Part shown: positions 10,120 through 19,476 of the stretch, piece by piece | How the letters are laid out: every line of letters starts with the position of its first letter | How positions within the stretch are numbered: position 1 is the first letter of the stretch | DNA from: Sedimentisphaerales bacterium | Lineage (GTDB): Bacteria; Planctomycetota; Phycisphaerae; Sedimentisphaerales; SM23-30 | Length of the DNA stretch: 64,000 nucleotides | Direction of reading: 5' to 3' | NCBI GenBank assembly: GCA_963663805.2 | Contig: CAXXMR010000019.1 | Location: 32,001-96,000, forward strand | Notes under the pieces: generated by a model | What the model saw: the letters and a program-made list of their open reading frames with translations, nothing else | The model's database searches: none | Told to the model about the DNA's origin: nothing | Program-made: the position numbers and the translations under genes

Positions 10120-10875
10120 TTATTGTGCCGAGGTGCCTTTGCGGAAACGACCCATGAGCCGTTCCACCACAGTCTCGGTTTCGGCGATGTAGCCGTCGAT
10201 GCGATTGCGGAAAAACGCTACGAAAAACATAGTCGGTATCGCTACTACCAAACCGAGGCAGGTTGTTACCAACGCCTCAGAAATACCGCCGGCCAATTGC
10301 GAGGGTTTGGCCGTGCCTTCGGTGAGAGCAATCTGGTTGAACGAAGCGATCATGCCGGTGACCGTACCGAGCAGGCCGAGCATGGGGGCCGACGCGGCGA
10401 TGAAGGTCAGGTATTCGAGTTTGCGATAGAGGCGGGAGATTTCACGCTCGGATGTTTCCTGCATGGCACTTTGCATATCGAAAAAGCCAAACACCGAACC
10501 AGCCCGCTGCAAACCGGAACTGATTACCATGGCAAGAAATGAATCATCATCCTTGCATATCTCCAGGGCATGGTCGATATTGTTCTGCTCCAGGGTTTCG
10601 TCGAGCTGTTGTTCCAGTTGCTCAGGCAGAAAAACACCTTTGCGAATGGAAACAAAATGTTCGATAATAAACGAAACCGAAACAAGGGACATAATAAGAA
10701 TTAGATAGCCTATCAGCCCCCCGGCCGCGATGGTACTCCATAGCGAGATGGGCTGATCGACGGCTGCGGCATCAGTCTGGGCCTGAGCAGAACCCAGACC
10801 AAAGATAAGTCCGCATAAAAACACGCCGAGAAAAATCGCTCGGAATTTTTTGGTCAGATTGAACAATTTATGCAT
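10120..10875 (-). CDS. exbB: MotA/TolQ/ExbB proton channel protein
   Basis: APMLGLLGTVTGMIASF and LAGGISEALVTTCLGLVVAIP signature helices. Confidence 0.9.
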   Translation of the reverse strand: MHKLFNLTKKFRAIFLGVFLCGLIFGLGSAQAQTDAAAVDQPISLWSTIAAGGLIGYLILIMSLVSVSFIIEHFVSIRKGVFLPEQLEQQLDETLEQNNIDHALEICKDDDSFLAMVISSGLQRAGSVFGFFDMQSAMQETSEREISRLYRKLEYLTFIAASAPMLGLLGTVTGMIASFNQIALTEGTAKPSQLAGGISEALVTTCLGLVVAIPTMFFVAFFRNRIDGYIAETETVVERLMGRFRKGTSAQ

Positions 10876-10899
10876 ATTAATCTTCCTGTCAGAGGCCTG

Positions 10900-11841
10900 C
10901 TAGGGCCAGTTTTGGGCCGGGACAAAATTATATCGGCCTTTGTTTTCCCGGGCGATGCGTTCCAGGACATTCTGGCCCTGGTTGCTATGAAAGGCGATGG
11001 TATTTATCTGGATTTTACTGCCGGGATTCATTTCGGCAATGACCGCGATAGCGTTATCAGAAAAAATCCCGTCGCTCAAAAGCCAGACAGCGTCCGGTCG
11101 CAAAGATAATGCCAGCGTCATTGCCTCGGATGGGTCGGTCCCGCCGGCTGAAACAATCTCTTCCAGCCAGAGGAACATATCCCGCTTATTTATCTCGGTA
11201 GCACTTAGAAGATTCGTCGCGGGCATGGGATAGCATTGATTATCATAAAAAATAATATAGAACTTCATCTCGCGGTCAAGTGAGCTTATCGAGCGGACGA
11301 TTTCCGCTTTGGCCGCCTGGAGTTTACGGCCAGCCATACTGCCGGAACGGTCCACAACATAAACAAACTTGCCGCCCGAAGCTTCGAGACCGAAGAAGCT
11401 CGCCCCGCCGCTGCCCGCTGAACCGCCTGATGCGGAAAAACCGTTCCAGTCCACCGACATTTCCGTCTCGGAAGTATCTGAGGGTAAATCCAAAGAAGCG
11501 ATGTCAGGAATTTCGGCCAGGTCGGTCGGTCGGCCTAAATCGGTGACAGGTTCAGCAACCTCGGTCTGTTCCAGTTCCAAAGCTGAAGATTTCGTGTCGG
11601 GCATTTCGATTTCCGGCAAGTCGGCGCCGCCGGTGGTAACTCCAGCGGCTTCGCTGATGACAATACTGACCGGTATTTCGGTCGAACCGGGGCCCACCTG
11701 ACCCATCCAGGTCATTCCGCCGAACATCATCACCAATAGCAGATGCAGAATCAGCGAGCCGGTCCAGCCGGTGAGCTTAGGAAATCGTTCATGCCATTTG
11801 GAATGTGCCATACTACCCATAATACGCGTATTCATCGCCAT
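10900..11841 (-). CDS. Membrane-anchored von Willebrand factor A (vWA) domain protein
   Basis: N-terminal TM SLILHLLL, acidic linker, SFFG, MIDAS motif YVVDRSGSM, GGTDP, LLSDG. Confidence 0.85.
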   Translation of the reverse strand: MAMNTRIMGSMAHSKWHERFPKLTGWTGSLILHLLLVMMFGGMTWMGQVGPGSTEIPVSIVISEAAGVTTGGADLPEIEMPDTKSSALELEQTEVAEPVTDLGRPTDLAEIPDIASLDLPSDTSETEMSVDWNGFSASGGSAGSGGASFFGLEASGGKFVYVVDRSGSMAGRKLQAAKAEIVRSISSLDREMKFYIIFYDNQCYPMPATNLLSATEINKRDMFLWLEEIVSAGGTDPSEAMTLALSLRPDAVWLLSDGIFSDNAIAVIAEMNPGSKIQINTIAFHSNQGQNVLERIARENKGRYNFVPAQNWP

Positions 11842-11967
11842 TTTGTTCGGTTAAACGCAAAAACAGCGCATATATTGCCGCCCCCAGCGGTTTTGGCCGC
11901 GGCTGATTTAAGTCCTATTGATATATCGGCAGGTTATATCTACCGCTGAAAAAAGAACTTGGATGAA

Positions 11968-12945
11968 TTAGTCGATTTCACTGGGGCGGCGTTTATAGAC
12001 CGGCGCCTCAATCGCCCGGACATAATTTGTCCAGTCGGTCTGGTTGGAGCATTTGTCGATTTCGGTAAATACCAGAGCGATTTTGGAATCAAGATTATCC
12101 AGATGATGAACAGCGAAGGCCTCTGGAGTGGCAGGCAGAACCGGGCAGCCAAACTCTTTTATGCCGTGATGGGATACGATGATGTGCAAAAGGCTGTTTT
12201 GCAGTACTGGGGGGAAGGTTTCGGGGCTGTCGAGTTCTTTGATTTTCTGCTGGACCATTATTGAGCCCTGCACGATATGCCCCAACAAACGGCCCTGGTC
12301 GCTGTATTTGAAGCTGATATCGTAGTCCAGCTCGGTGGTTTTGCCGATGTCATGCAAAAACAGGCCGGTCAGGACCAAATCGGCATCCAGATGGGAGTAA
12401 TGCGGCAGAATCCTTACACCCAACTGCATGAGCGAAAGGGTATGTTCCAGCAAACCACCCAGATAGGCATGATGCAAAGCGATAGCGGCAGGGGCAGAGC
12501 GGAAAAGCCGCATTAAGGGTTCATCGGCCAAAAAAGCTTGGCATAACCGAGCTAAATGGGGGTTTTTAATACTGGAAACGATTTTTTTGACCTCGGCGAA
12601 CATTTCATCGATATTTTTACCAGTAGCGGGTAAAAATTCGGACAGGTCAACTTCCTCAATGGGGATGGGCTTTATGGCATCGATGACAATCTGGGGCGAG
12701 CCCTGATAATTTTCGGTGCGGCCCTGGAGCCAAACGAAACCTTCGGCCGGCAGAGTCTGGAAAATTTCCTCGGTGGCCTGCCACATCCTGCCATTGATTC
12801 GGCCGGTGCTGTCACTTAGATAGGCGGCGATATAGTAATCACCCCGGTTGGTGCTGCGTAACTGAGGCTGGGAAATCAAAAAAACCTGCTGGACACGCTC
12901 AGCGGCGTTTAGTTGCGAGATAGAACGACGGGGTGACTGATTCAT
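11968..12945 (-). CDS. yhaM: 3'-5' exoribonuclease YhaM/Cbf1 family (OB-fold + HD domain)
   Basis: LSDSTGRINGRMW, PAAIALHHAYLGGLLEHTL, LHDIGK, LLGHI, IVSHHG; likely start ATG 12945 after AAGGAG. Confidence 0.88.
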   Translation of the reverse strand: MNQSPRRSISQLNAAERVQQVFLISQPQLRSTNRGDYYIAAYLSDSTGRINGRMWQATEEIFQTLPAEGFVWLQGRTENYQGSPQIVIDAIKPIPIEEVDLSEFLPATGKNIDEMFAEVKKIVSSIKNPHLARLCQAFLADEPLMRLFRSAPAAIALHHAYLGGLLEHTLSLMQLGVRILPHYSHLDADLVLTGLFLHDIGKTTELDYDISFKYSDQGRLLGHIVQGSIMVQQKIKELDSPETFPPVLQNSLLHIIVSHHGIKEFGCPVLPATPEAFAVHHLDNLDSKIALVFTEIDKCSNQTDWTNYVRAIEAPVYKRRPSEID

Positions 12946-13155
12946 ACGGTGCTCCTTGAGTAATTGGGGTATCAAACTGATTTATATTAACCTTATTATA
13001 TATTGGATGTCCGCTTCTGTAGCAAGAATCTGTTGGAAATAAGTGCCTATGCATCGGCATTTTGTGTAAATATGATAACTTAGGAGGTTTTTCTTGCAAA
13101 GATAGATAAAATGGGTATTATAAGTAAAAGACGTGCGGGATTTTTCAAGGTTTTT

Positions 13156-13184
13156 TTGACAAAACGGGTAGATTCTGCTATACT
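13156..13184 (+). promoter_or_regulatory. sigma70-type promoter of the 13215/diguanylate cyclase operon
   Basis: TTGACA-17 bp-TATACT with extended -10 (TGC). Confidence 0.7.
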
Positions 13185-13214
13185 GAGCGGCTGTCCGTTG
13201 GTGAGAATCCATAA

Positions 13215-13769
13215 ATGACCCAACAATTCGATGGAAACATAGACCTGATAATAATGAACGGCGCTTTGGATGCGAAGCATTTTGCGGCAGCGGCAGAGAG
13301 CTGGCGTAATGGCGAGGTATTCTTCTGCGACGATGCTTATGGCGCGGCAGCGAGGGTGGCCGAACGTCAAAAAGCTGTGGTGTGTGTGATTCTGGTTGAT
13401 GGTTTGGGTCGGGAAATCGAGGTTTTCGAAAGCCTGGCAGGGATAGAGAGAGCGCAAACTATTGCGGTATCACGTTTTCCTGACAGTGGCGGTTTGATTC
13501 AGGCCAGCTTGAGAGGTGCTGGCAAGGTCGCGACTTTGGATACCCTGGATAAGTTTCTCAGGCCGCGGACGATTGCAGTTTCACCTGCAAAGGAGATATC
13601 AGAAGAGCCGGAAAAAAGAGAATCAGAGAATGTCTCGGCTCCTAACTCTGTTATTCAAAGTGAGTTATCGCAAACAGAGTCGGTGTTTGAAGGTGACGGA
13701 TTGCGCGTCGAGAATGAGGATTCCGGGTTTTTGAGCCATGAGGAGCTGGACGCGCTTCTGGGTGAGTGA
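13215..13769 (+). CDS. Hypothetical protein, degenerate receiver-like fold with C-terminal LSHEELDALL motif
   Basis: ORF just downstream of a strong promoter and 20 bp from the DGC; alternating beta/alpha pattern; acidic tail. Confidence 0.6.
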   Translation: MTQQFDGNIDLIIMNGALDAKHFAAAAESWRNGEVFFCDDAYGAAARVAERQKAVVCVILVDGLGREIEVFESLAGIERAQTIAVSRFPDSGGLIQASLRGAGKVATLDTLDKFLRPRTIAVSPAKEISEEPEKRESENVSAPNSVIQSELSQTESVFEGDGLRVENEDSGFLSHEELDALLGE

Positions 13770-13789
13770 CGTAACAGATTTGTGGAACT

Positions 13790-15178
13790 GTGTTTATGAG
13801 TGAGAGTGCTTTGACAGAGCAGATGAATCATCCTTCAGACCGGCAGAAAATATTACTGCTGGCTGATGACGGTCGGATGAAAAATCTTCTAACTCACCGT
13901 CTCACAAGCAGTTCGGTCACAGTGCAAAAGAACGCCTTTGGGGGTATTTTCCGGCTGGGACAGGAGGATTATGACCTGGTCCTGATGCGTGCTGAGGGCC
14001 TGGGCAGGCGATTGAACGAGGCGGTTTCGGCGTTAAAAAGGGTTAGGCCCGCAGCGAAAATCGTCCTTTACAGCGAGGCGGCAAGTGAAGTTGACTGCCG
14101 GTCGGCCCTTGATTTTGGGGCCTGGGATTATCTTATTTGGCCTGTTCCCGCTAGTGAAATACACGAAATTTTGAGCGCAAAAGTGCCTGAGAAGACCGAT
14201 TTTGGGCCAAAAAAATTGTTTTTTTCCCGAAAATCAGCAAAAAAAACGGTTTTTGAGCCAATTTTTAACGTAAAACACTGGCATGAGCTATCGGAGTCGA
14301 TTCCTCTGGGACGTTCTGTGGTAGTCGAACAAGCCCAGCGAATCCTGACCCGAACACTCAATCTGCAATGGGTAAAAATCCATACCGAAGAAGATTCGGA
14401 ACCGGAAGTGTCAGGGCGGACCATTAATTTGAGCGGTAAGCTGGGCGATGTGGGCACTCTGATATTGGGGCCAGCGATTACCTCAATGGAACCGGATGAG
14501 GATACGATTCAGGAAGTCGCTGGGTATATCTCTACCTTATTATACCTGGTGCGTCGGGATGAGACGCTCAAACATCTGGCGACGGTGGACAGCCTGACCG
14601 GGGCACATAACCGGCGGTATCTGGATTATTTCATCCATCAGATAATCCAGCGGAACGCTGATAAGCACATGGAAATGGCACTGCTGCTATTCGATATTGA
14701 TGATTTCAAATATTATAATGATACCTACGGGCACGGGGCGGGCGATGAAGTGCTGCGGGAATCTTATAAATTGATGCGTCAGTGCTGCCGGGAACATGAT
14801 GTGGTGGTCAGAATCGGGGGCGATGAGTTCGCAGTGCTGTTTTGGGACACTCAGCCGCGCAGCCATTATGACCCGGACCAGCGGCGGAATAATGAACACG
14901 AAGAACATGTTTCCCTGCGTGAGCAGATCGAAACGCCGGAGCGGACACATTCGGAGCTGGTAATGTTCCTCTGCAACCGGTTTCGGCGAAAAATGATGAC
15001 CAATGAGTTTCCCGCGTTAGGCTCGGAAGCCCGCGGGGTACTGTCGATAAGCGGCGGGGTGGCGTGCTATCCCGCGGACGGCAAGACATTTACAGAGTTG
15101 CTGGCCAAAGCAGATGAGGGGCTGTTGGCGGCGAAACGGCAGGGGAAAAATCAGATATTCCTAATCGGGCAGCAGTAA
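13790..15178 (+). CDS. Diguanylate cyclase (GGDEF) with N-terminal pseudo-receiver domain
   Basis: DSLTGAHNRR, FDIDDFKYYNDTYGHGAGD, I-site REHD, RIGGDEF; receiver DLVLMR lacks the phospho-Asp. Confidence 0.92.
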   Translation: MFMSESALTEQMNHPSDRQKILLLADDGRMKNLLTHRLTSSSVTVQKNAFGGIFRLGQEDYDLVLMRAEGLGRRLNEAVSALKRVRPAAKIVLYSEAASEVDCRSALDFGAWDYLIWPVPASEIHEILSAKVPEKTDFGPKKLFFSRKSAKKTVFEPIFNVKHWHELSESIPLGRSVVVEQAQRILTRTLNLQWVKIHTEEDSEPEVSGRTINLSGKLGDVGTLILGPAITSMEPDEDTIQEVAGYISTLLYLVRRDETLKHLATVDSLTGAHNRRYLDYFIHQIIQRNADKHMEMALLLFDIDDFKYYNDTYGHGAGDEVLRESYKLMRQCCREHDVVVRIGGDEFAVLFWDTQPRSHYDPDQRRNNEHEEHVSLREQIETPERTHSELVMFLCNRFRRKMMTNEFPALGSEARGVLSISGGVACYPADGKTFTELLAKADEGLLAAKRQGKNQIFLIGQQ

Positions 15179-15354
15179 GAACTGCTTTGGGGTTCTGTCT
15201 GGGTAGCGGAGCGGAAAGTCTGGACAGGGCAGACATTATGGACGAAGGGGTGCCAAAAAGTACCGAACACTTTTTCCTTTTTCTTGATATTAGGTACACT
15301 ATGCCATATTATGGAGTTGATCATTTGTGGTAACAAATACAACAGAGGCTAATT

Positions 15355-16233
15355 ATGAAAAACACCGAACATCCTTTGGCAGAAGTATTTGGTTATTCAA
15401 TCACAGATTTTTCGAACAAAGCTCAAAGGCATAGAAGAAATAAATTATGTCCTTTTAATAACAAAGTCCCAAATTGTACAAAAGATAAAGCAAATGCTCC
15501 CCTTGGGGTATGCAGCATATATCACAATTCCAATATCGTGATAACTTGTCCGGTAAGATTCAGAGAAGACTGGCTGGTTACGGAAGAGTCTTCAAACTTT
15601 TTCTTTCCTCCGAACACCTCCTGGACATCAATATCAGAAGTTAATTTAGATGACGCGAACGGTAAAACCGCCGGACACATCGATATTGTACTTGTTGCAT
15701 ATAATGAACGCGGGAAAGTAATAGATTTTGGCGCATTGGAAGTGCAGGCAGTATATATATCAGGGAACATAAGAACACCTTTCGAATATTATATGGAAAA
15801 CCCTAAAGAGAGAAAAGACTTCTCATGGAAAGGGAACAGATACTACCCAAAGCCTGATTACCTCTCTTCTTCACGAAAAAGACTGATTCCACAAATTTTG
15901 TACAAGGGCGGAATTTTACATAGCTGGGGGAAAAAACAAGCTGTAGCGTTACAGAAAAGTTTTTTTGAAACATTACCCAATATGCCAACAGTAGAACCTG
16001 AAGAAGCTGAGATAGCGTGGCCAATATACGATTTGGCCAACCAAGGAAGTTCATGCCACCTTATTCACACACAAACAGTCTACACTAAATTTGAGGCGGC
16101 CATAACCAAAATTACAAGACCAACGCCAGGTAAATTAGAAAATTTCATCGAAGTCCTCCAGGGCAAACTTGCTGAACACTTAGATGAAAATCCACCCGAT
16201 GCTCCCTCTTTATTAGACATACCATTACAGTAA
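15355..16233 (+). CDS. NotI-family restriction endonuclease
   Basis: LAEVFG, Cys4 motif CPF..C.K..GVCS..TCPVRF, GHID...ALEVQAVYISGN, PDYLSSSRKRLIPQ; AT-rich DNA. Confidence 0.8.
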   Translation: MKNTEHPLAEVFGYSITDFSNKAQRHRRNKLCPFNNKVPNCTKDKANAPLGVCSIYHNSNIVITCPVRFREDWLVTEESSNFFFPPNTSWTSISEVNLDDANGKTAGHIDIVLVAYNERGKVIDFGALEVQAVYISGNIRTPFEYYMENPKERKDFSWKGNRYYPKPDYLSSSRKRLIPQILYKGGILHSWGKKQAVALQKSFFETLPNMPTVEPEEAEIAWPIYDLANQGSSCHLIHTQTVYTKFEAAITKITRPTPGKLENFIEVLQGKLAEHLDENPPDAPSLLDIPLQ

Positions 16234-16238
16234 CCATA

Positions 16239-17129
16239 TTGGATGACTCCATGAAACAGGCATTATTATTTGAAGACATTATCACGCCCAAGCCTATCAA
16301 TGTAGCATCTGTGCCGATGAGAAGTCCATTCAGGTACGCCGGGGGCAAAACTTGGTTTGTCCCCTACGCAAGACAATGGCTCAAAAGCCTCGCAAACAAG
16401 AACGTTAAGCTTATTGAGCCTTTTGCCGGAGGGGGAGTGATTAGCTTAACCGCGTCGTTTGAGAATCTCGCCAATTCAATTCTGATGGTTGAGAAAGATG
16501 AGGATGTGGCAGCGGTATGGAAAACTATTCTTTCCAACAATTATAAATGGCTGGCTGAGCAAATTATCAATTTTGATGTTACGGCTGAAAATGTTAATAA
16601 AGCAATTTCGAATAAACCAAAATCTACCAAAGAACACGCATTCAAAACGATCCTCAGAAACAGATTGCAACATGGGGGGATACTGGCCAGCGGGGCTGGC
16701 TTGTTAAAAAATGGAGAAAATGGCAAAGGGTTAAAATCGAGGTGGTACCCAACAACCCTTAAAAACAGAATAGAGGACATACAAGAAGTCCGGGGTAAAA
16801 TTTCTTTTATTGAAGGCGATGCCTTTGAAACCATCGAGCGATACTCCGATGATTCAGATGTTGCTTTCTTTACTGACCCGCCCTATACCAAAGCCGGAAA
16901 AAGATTATATAAATATCATGAAGTAGATCACTTCCGGCTTTTTGAGTTAATCAGTCAGGTTAAAGGCAACTTTATAATAACTTATGACAACGCGGATGAG
17001 ATTGAACTGTTGGCAAATAAATTTCATCTAAAAAAAGAAAAAGTAATAATGAAAACCACACACCACATTCCAAAATATGAACTGGTAATCGGCAATGATT
17101 TGGAATGGCTTTATCAGTTGACAGAATAA
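16239..17129 (+). CDS. DNA adenine methyltransferase (Dam/D12 class)
   Basis: SPFRYAGGKTW, IEPFAGGG SAM-binding motif, DPPY catalytic motif, ITYDN. Confidence 0.9.
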   Translation: MDDSMKQALLFEDIITPKPINVASVPMRSPFRYAGGKTWFVPYARQWLKSLANKNVKLIEPFAGGGVISLTASFENLANSILMVEKDEDVAAVWKTILSNNYKWLAEQIINFDVTAENVNKAISNKPKSTKEHAFKTILRNRLQHGGILASGAGLLKNGENGKGLKSRWYPTTLKNRIEDIQEVRGKISFIEGDAFETIERYSDDSDVAFFTDPPYTKAGKRLYKYHEVDHFRLFELISQVKGNFIITYDNADEIELLANKFHLKKEKVIMKTTHHIPKYELVIGNDLEWLYQLTE

Positions 17130-17233
17130 AATTTTAGTAAACGATGTGATTTCGGCTCTAGACAGAGGAGATTGGGGGATATTGTGTGAGATTTTCCGGC
17201 GATATATAGATAACTTGTTGCGAATTTGAGCAT

Positions 17234-18277
17234 TTACTCAAAGAGAGATTCCTGATTATTTGCTAACGACTTGTCAGTATTGGGTTTGAGTCCAAGGTGT
17301 TTGTATGCTTGTTCGGTGGCGCAGCGGCCTTGTCGGGTTCGGGCTACGAAACCTATTTGGAGGAGGTAGGGTTCTACTACATCTTCGAGGGTGTCCCTTT
17401 CTTCGCCGAGGGTAGCGGCAAGCGCTTCTATACCAGCGGGTCCTCCTTTGTAAATTTTGATTAGGCTGGTGAGGAACGCACGGTCGAGGTTGTCGAGGCC
17501 TAATTCGTCGATTTCTTCGATGCGCAGGGCGGCGCGGGTTATTTCGGTGTTGATGGTGCCGTGGCCGTGTACCTGGGCATAATCGCGCACCCGACGCAGC
17601 AGACGATTCGCGACGCGCGGGGTGCCGCGGCTGCCGGCGGCGATGATGTGGAAAGACTCATCGTCGCAGGGCACATTCAACATACCGGCAGAGCGTTCCA
17701 GGCATTGTCGCAAATGTTCCTGCGACCAAAATTCCAGATGATGCTGGATGCCAAATCGGGCGCGCATGGGTGAGGAGATAAGGCCGGCACGGGTGGTGGC
17801 ACCGATAAGCGTGAAAGGCTGGAGAGGGATATTGATAGTCTTGGCGTGCATACCGCTATCGACGGTGAAGTCCACGCGAAAATCTTCCATGGCAGGATAG
17901 ATGAACTCCTCGACGATAGGAGGCAGTCGGTGAATTTCGTCGATGAAAAGTACGTCGCCCCGCTGAAGGTTGGTAAGTATGCCCATAAGGTCGGCGGGGC
18001 GAACCAGCGCGGGCCCGCTGGAAGTTTTGAGGTGGGCCCCCATCTCGTTGGCGATGACATGAGCGATGGTGGTCTTGCCTAGACCGGGCGGGCCGTGGAC
18101 CAGTACATGCTCGACCGGTTCGCTGCGTTGTTTGGCGGCGGTTAGGGCGATGGTGATTTTTTCGATGAGCTTTTCCTGGCCGATACATTCGCGGATGGAT
18201 TGGGGTCGCAGGGCGAGATCGTATTTTTCTTCTTCGAAGTTTTTTATTTCGGGGTCGATAATTCTTTCGCGGGCCAT
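17234..18277 (-). CDS. ruvB: Holliday junction branch migration helicase RuvB
   Basis: LRPQS, GPPGLGKTT, FIDEIHRL, GATTRAG, GTPRVANRLLRRVRD, EPYLLQIG. Confidence 0.97.
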   Translation of the reverse strand: MARERIIDPEIKNFEEEKYDLALRPQSIRECIGQEKLIEKITIALTAAKQRSEPVEHVLVHGPPGLGKTTIAHVIANEMGAHLKTSSGPALVRPADLMGILTNLQRGDVLFIDEIHRLPPIVEEFIYPAMEDFRVDFTVDSGMHAKTINIPLQPFTLIGATTRAGLISSPMRARFGIQHHLEFWSQEHLRQCLERSAGMLNVPCDDESFHIIAAGSRGTPRVANRLLRRVRDYAQVHGHGTINTEITRAALRIEEIDELGLDNLDRAFLTSLIKIYKGGPAGIEALAATLGEERDTLEDVVEPYLLQIGFVARTRQGRCATEQAYKHLGLKPNTDKSLANNQESLFE

Positions 18278-18311
18278 CTTTTATCCTAAATCATAATAAA
18301 AAATATTTAAC

Positions 18312-18338
18312 CGCGGATTACGCGGATTACACGGATTT
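18312..18338. repeat. Three tandem 9-mers between ruvA and ruvB
   Basis: CGCGGATTA-CGCGGATTA-CACGGATTT. Confidence 0.75.
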
Positions 18339-18349
18339 AATTATCCGCT

Positions 18350-18988
18350 TTATTTTGCTCCGGCTTTTACTTTGTAGACAGCCTGGATGAGGGCGTCGGT
18401 GGTGGTTATGTCGGGGAAGATGTCGAGGGCGCGGCTGATGAGTTCTTCGGCTTCGTTGCGGCGTTCGCCGAGTTGGAGCAGAATTTCGAGGGCTTCTATT
18501 TCTATACCAGTCAGCGGTTTTTGCGTGGCGCGAACGACGGCACCGCCACCAGCCAAGGCAAAGTCGGTAACTTTACCTTTTAGCTCCGCGATAATATGTT
18601 CGGCTGTCCGTTTGCCGATTTCGGGCAGGGTCGATAACATTTTAGTGTCCCCGTTTTCTATAAACGCGGCAATGTCAGAGAGCGAGCGTGACAGGGCCCG
18701 AAGCGCTTTACGCGGACCGATGCCCTTTACGGTAATGAAACGCCGGAAAAATGATTTATCCTCAGCGTGGGCGAAACCGACGATACGGGGAATGAGATTG
18801 CCGCCCATAGAGCTGCCTTCATAATATTCGAGGCAATGTAAAACTATTTCGCGACCTAACTGGCTCGAAAGGTCAGAAATGAGATAAGCCGGTATCATTA
18901 CTTCGTAGGCGAGCGGGCCGGCTTCGATGAGGGCGGTGCCGACTTCGGTGTCCAGTTCGAGCAGTAGGCCGGAAATGCGAGCGATCAT
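18350..18988 (-). CDS. ruvA: Holliday junction DNA-binding subunit RuvA
   Basis: MIARISG start overlapping the ruvC stop; VKGIGPRKA and LPEIGKRTAEHIIAELKGK HhH motifs. Confidence 0.93.
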   Translation of the reverse strand: MIARISGLLLELDTEVGTALIEAGPLAYEVMIPAYLISDLSSQLGREIVLHCLEYYEGSSMGGNLIPRIVGFAHAEDKSFFRRFITVKGIGPRKALRALSRSLSDIAAFIENGDTKMLSTLPEIGKRTAEHIIAELKGKVTDFALAGGGAVVRATQKPLTGIEIEALEILLQLGERRNEAEELISRALDIFPDITTTDALIQAVYKVKAGAK

Positions 18989-19476
18989 CTGGTAAATTCC
19001 TGTAATTGTTTTTCGTTGATACAGCACATGGCGATGGCGATGGCGTCAGCGACATCAGCGGGCTTGGGCATAGTCTTCAAACCCAGCTGGGTAGTTACCG
19101 CCAGCTGCATCTGTTCTTTGCCCGCTCGGCCGGAACCGGTTAGAGACTTCTTAACCCTGGTCGCGGAAAACCCATATACCGGCAAATCGTGTTGAGCTGC
19201 CGCCAGCAGAAAAACTCCGCGGGCGTGGCCCATGAGAATGGCTGTACGCGGATGTTTGTAATGAGCGTATAGTTCCTCAATCGCCAGGGCATCGACGGGC
19301 TGTTCGTCGAGCAGGGCATCAATATCGCGATAAATCTGGGACAGTCTCTGGGCGAGAGGCAAAGAAGTCTCGGCGCGGATAGTTCCGGCGTCGATGACTT
19401 TGAGCTGTCGGCCCTGCCAGTCGATTACGGCGTATCCGCTGGTTCGCAGTCCGGGGTCTATGCCGAGTACTTTCAT
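18985..19476 (-). CDS. ruvC: Crossover junction endodeoxyribonuclease RuvC
   Basis: LGIDPG, AIEELY, GHARG, VKKSLTGSGRAGKEQM, DVADAIAIA. Confidence 0.96.
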   Translation of the reverse strand: MKVLGIDPGLRTSGYAVIDWQGRQLKVIDAGTIRAETSLPLAQRLSQIYRDIDALLDEQPVDALAIEELYAHYKHPRTAILMGHARGVFLLAAAQHDLPVYGFSATRVKKSLTGSGRAGKEQMQLAVTTQLGLKTMPKPADVADAIAIAMCCINEKQLQEFTR

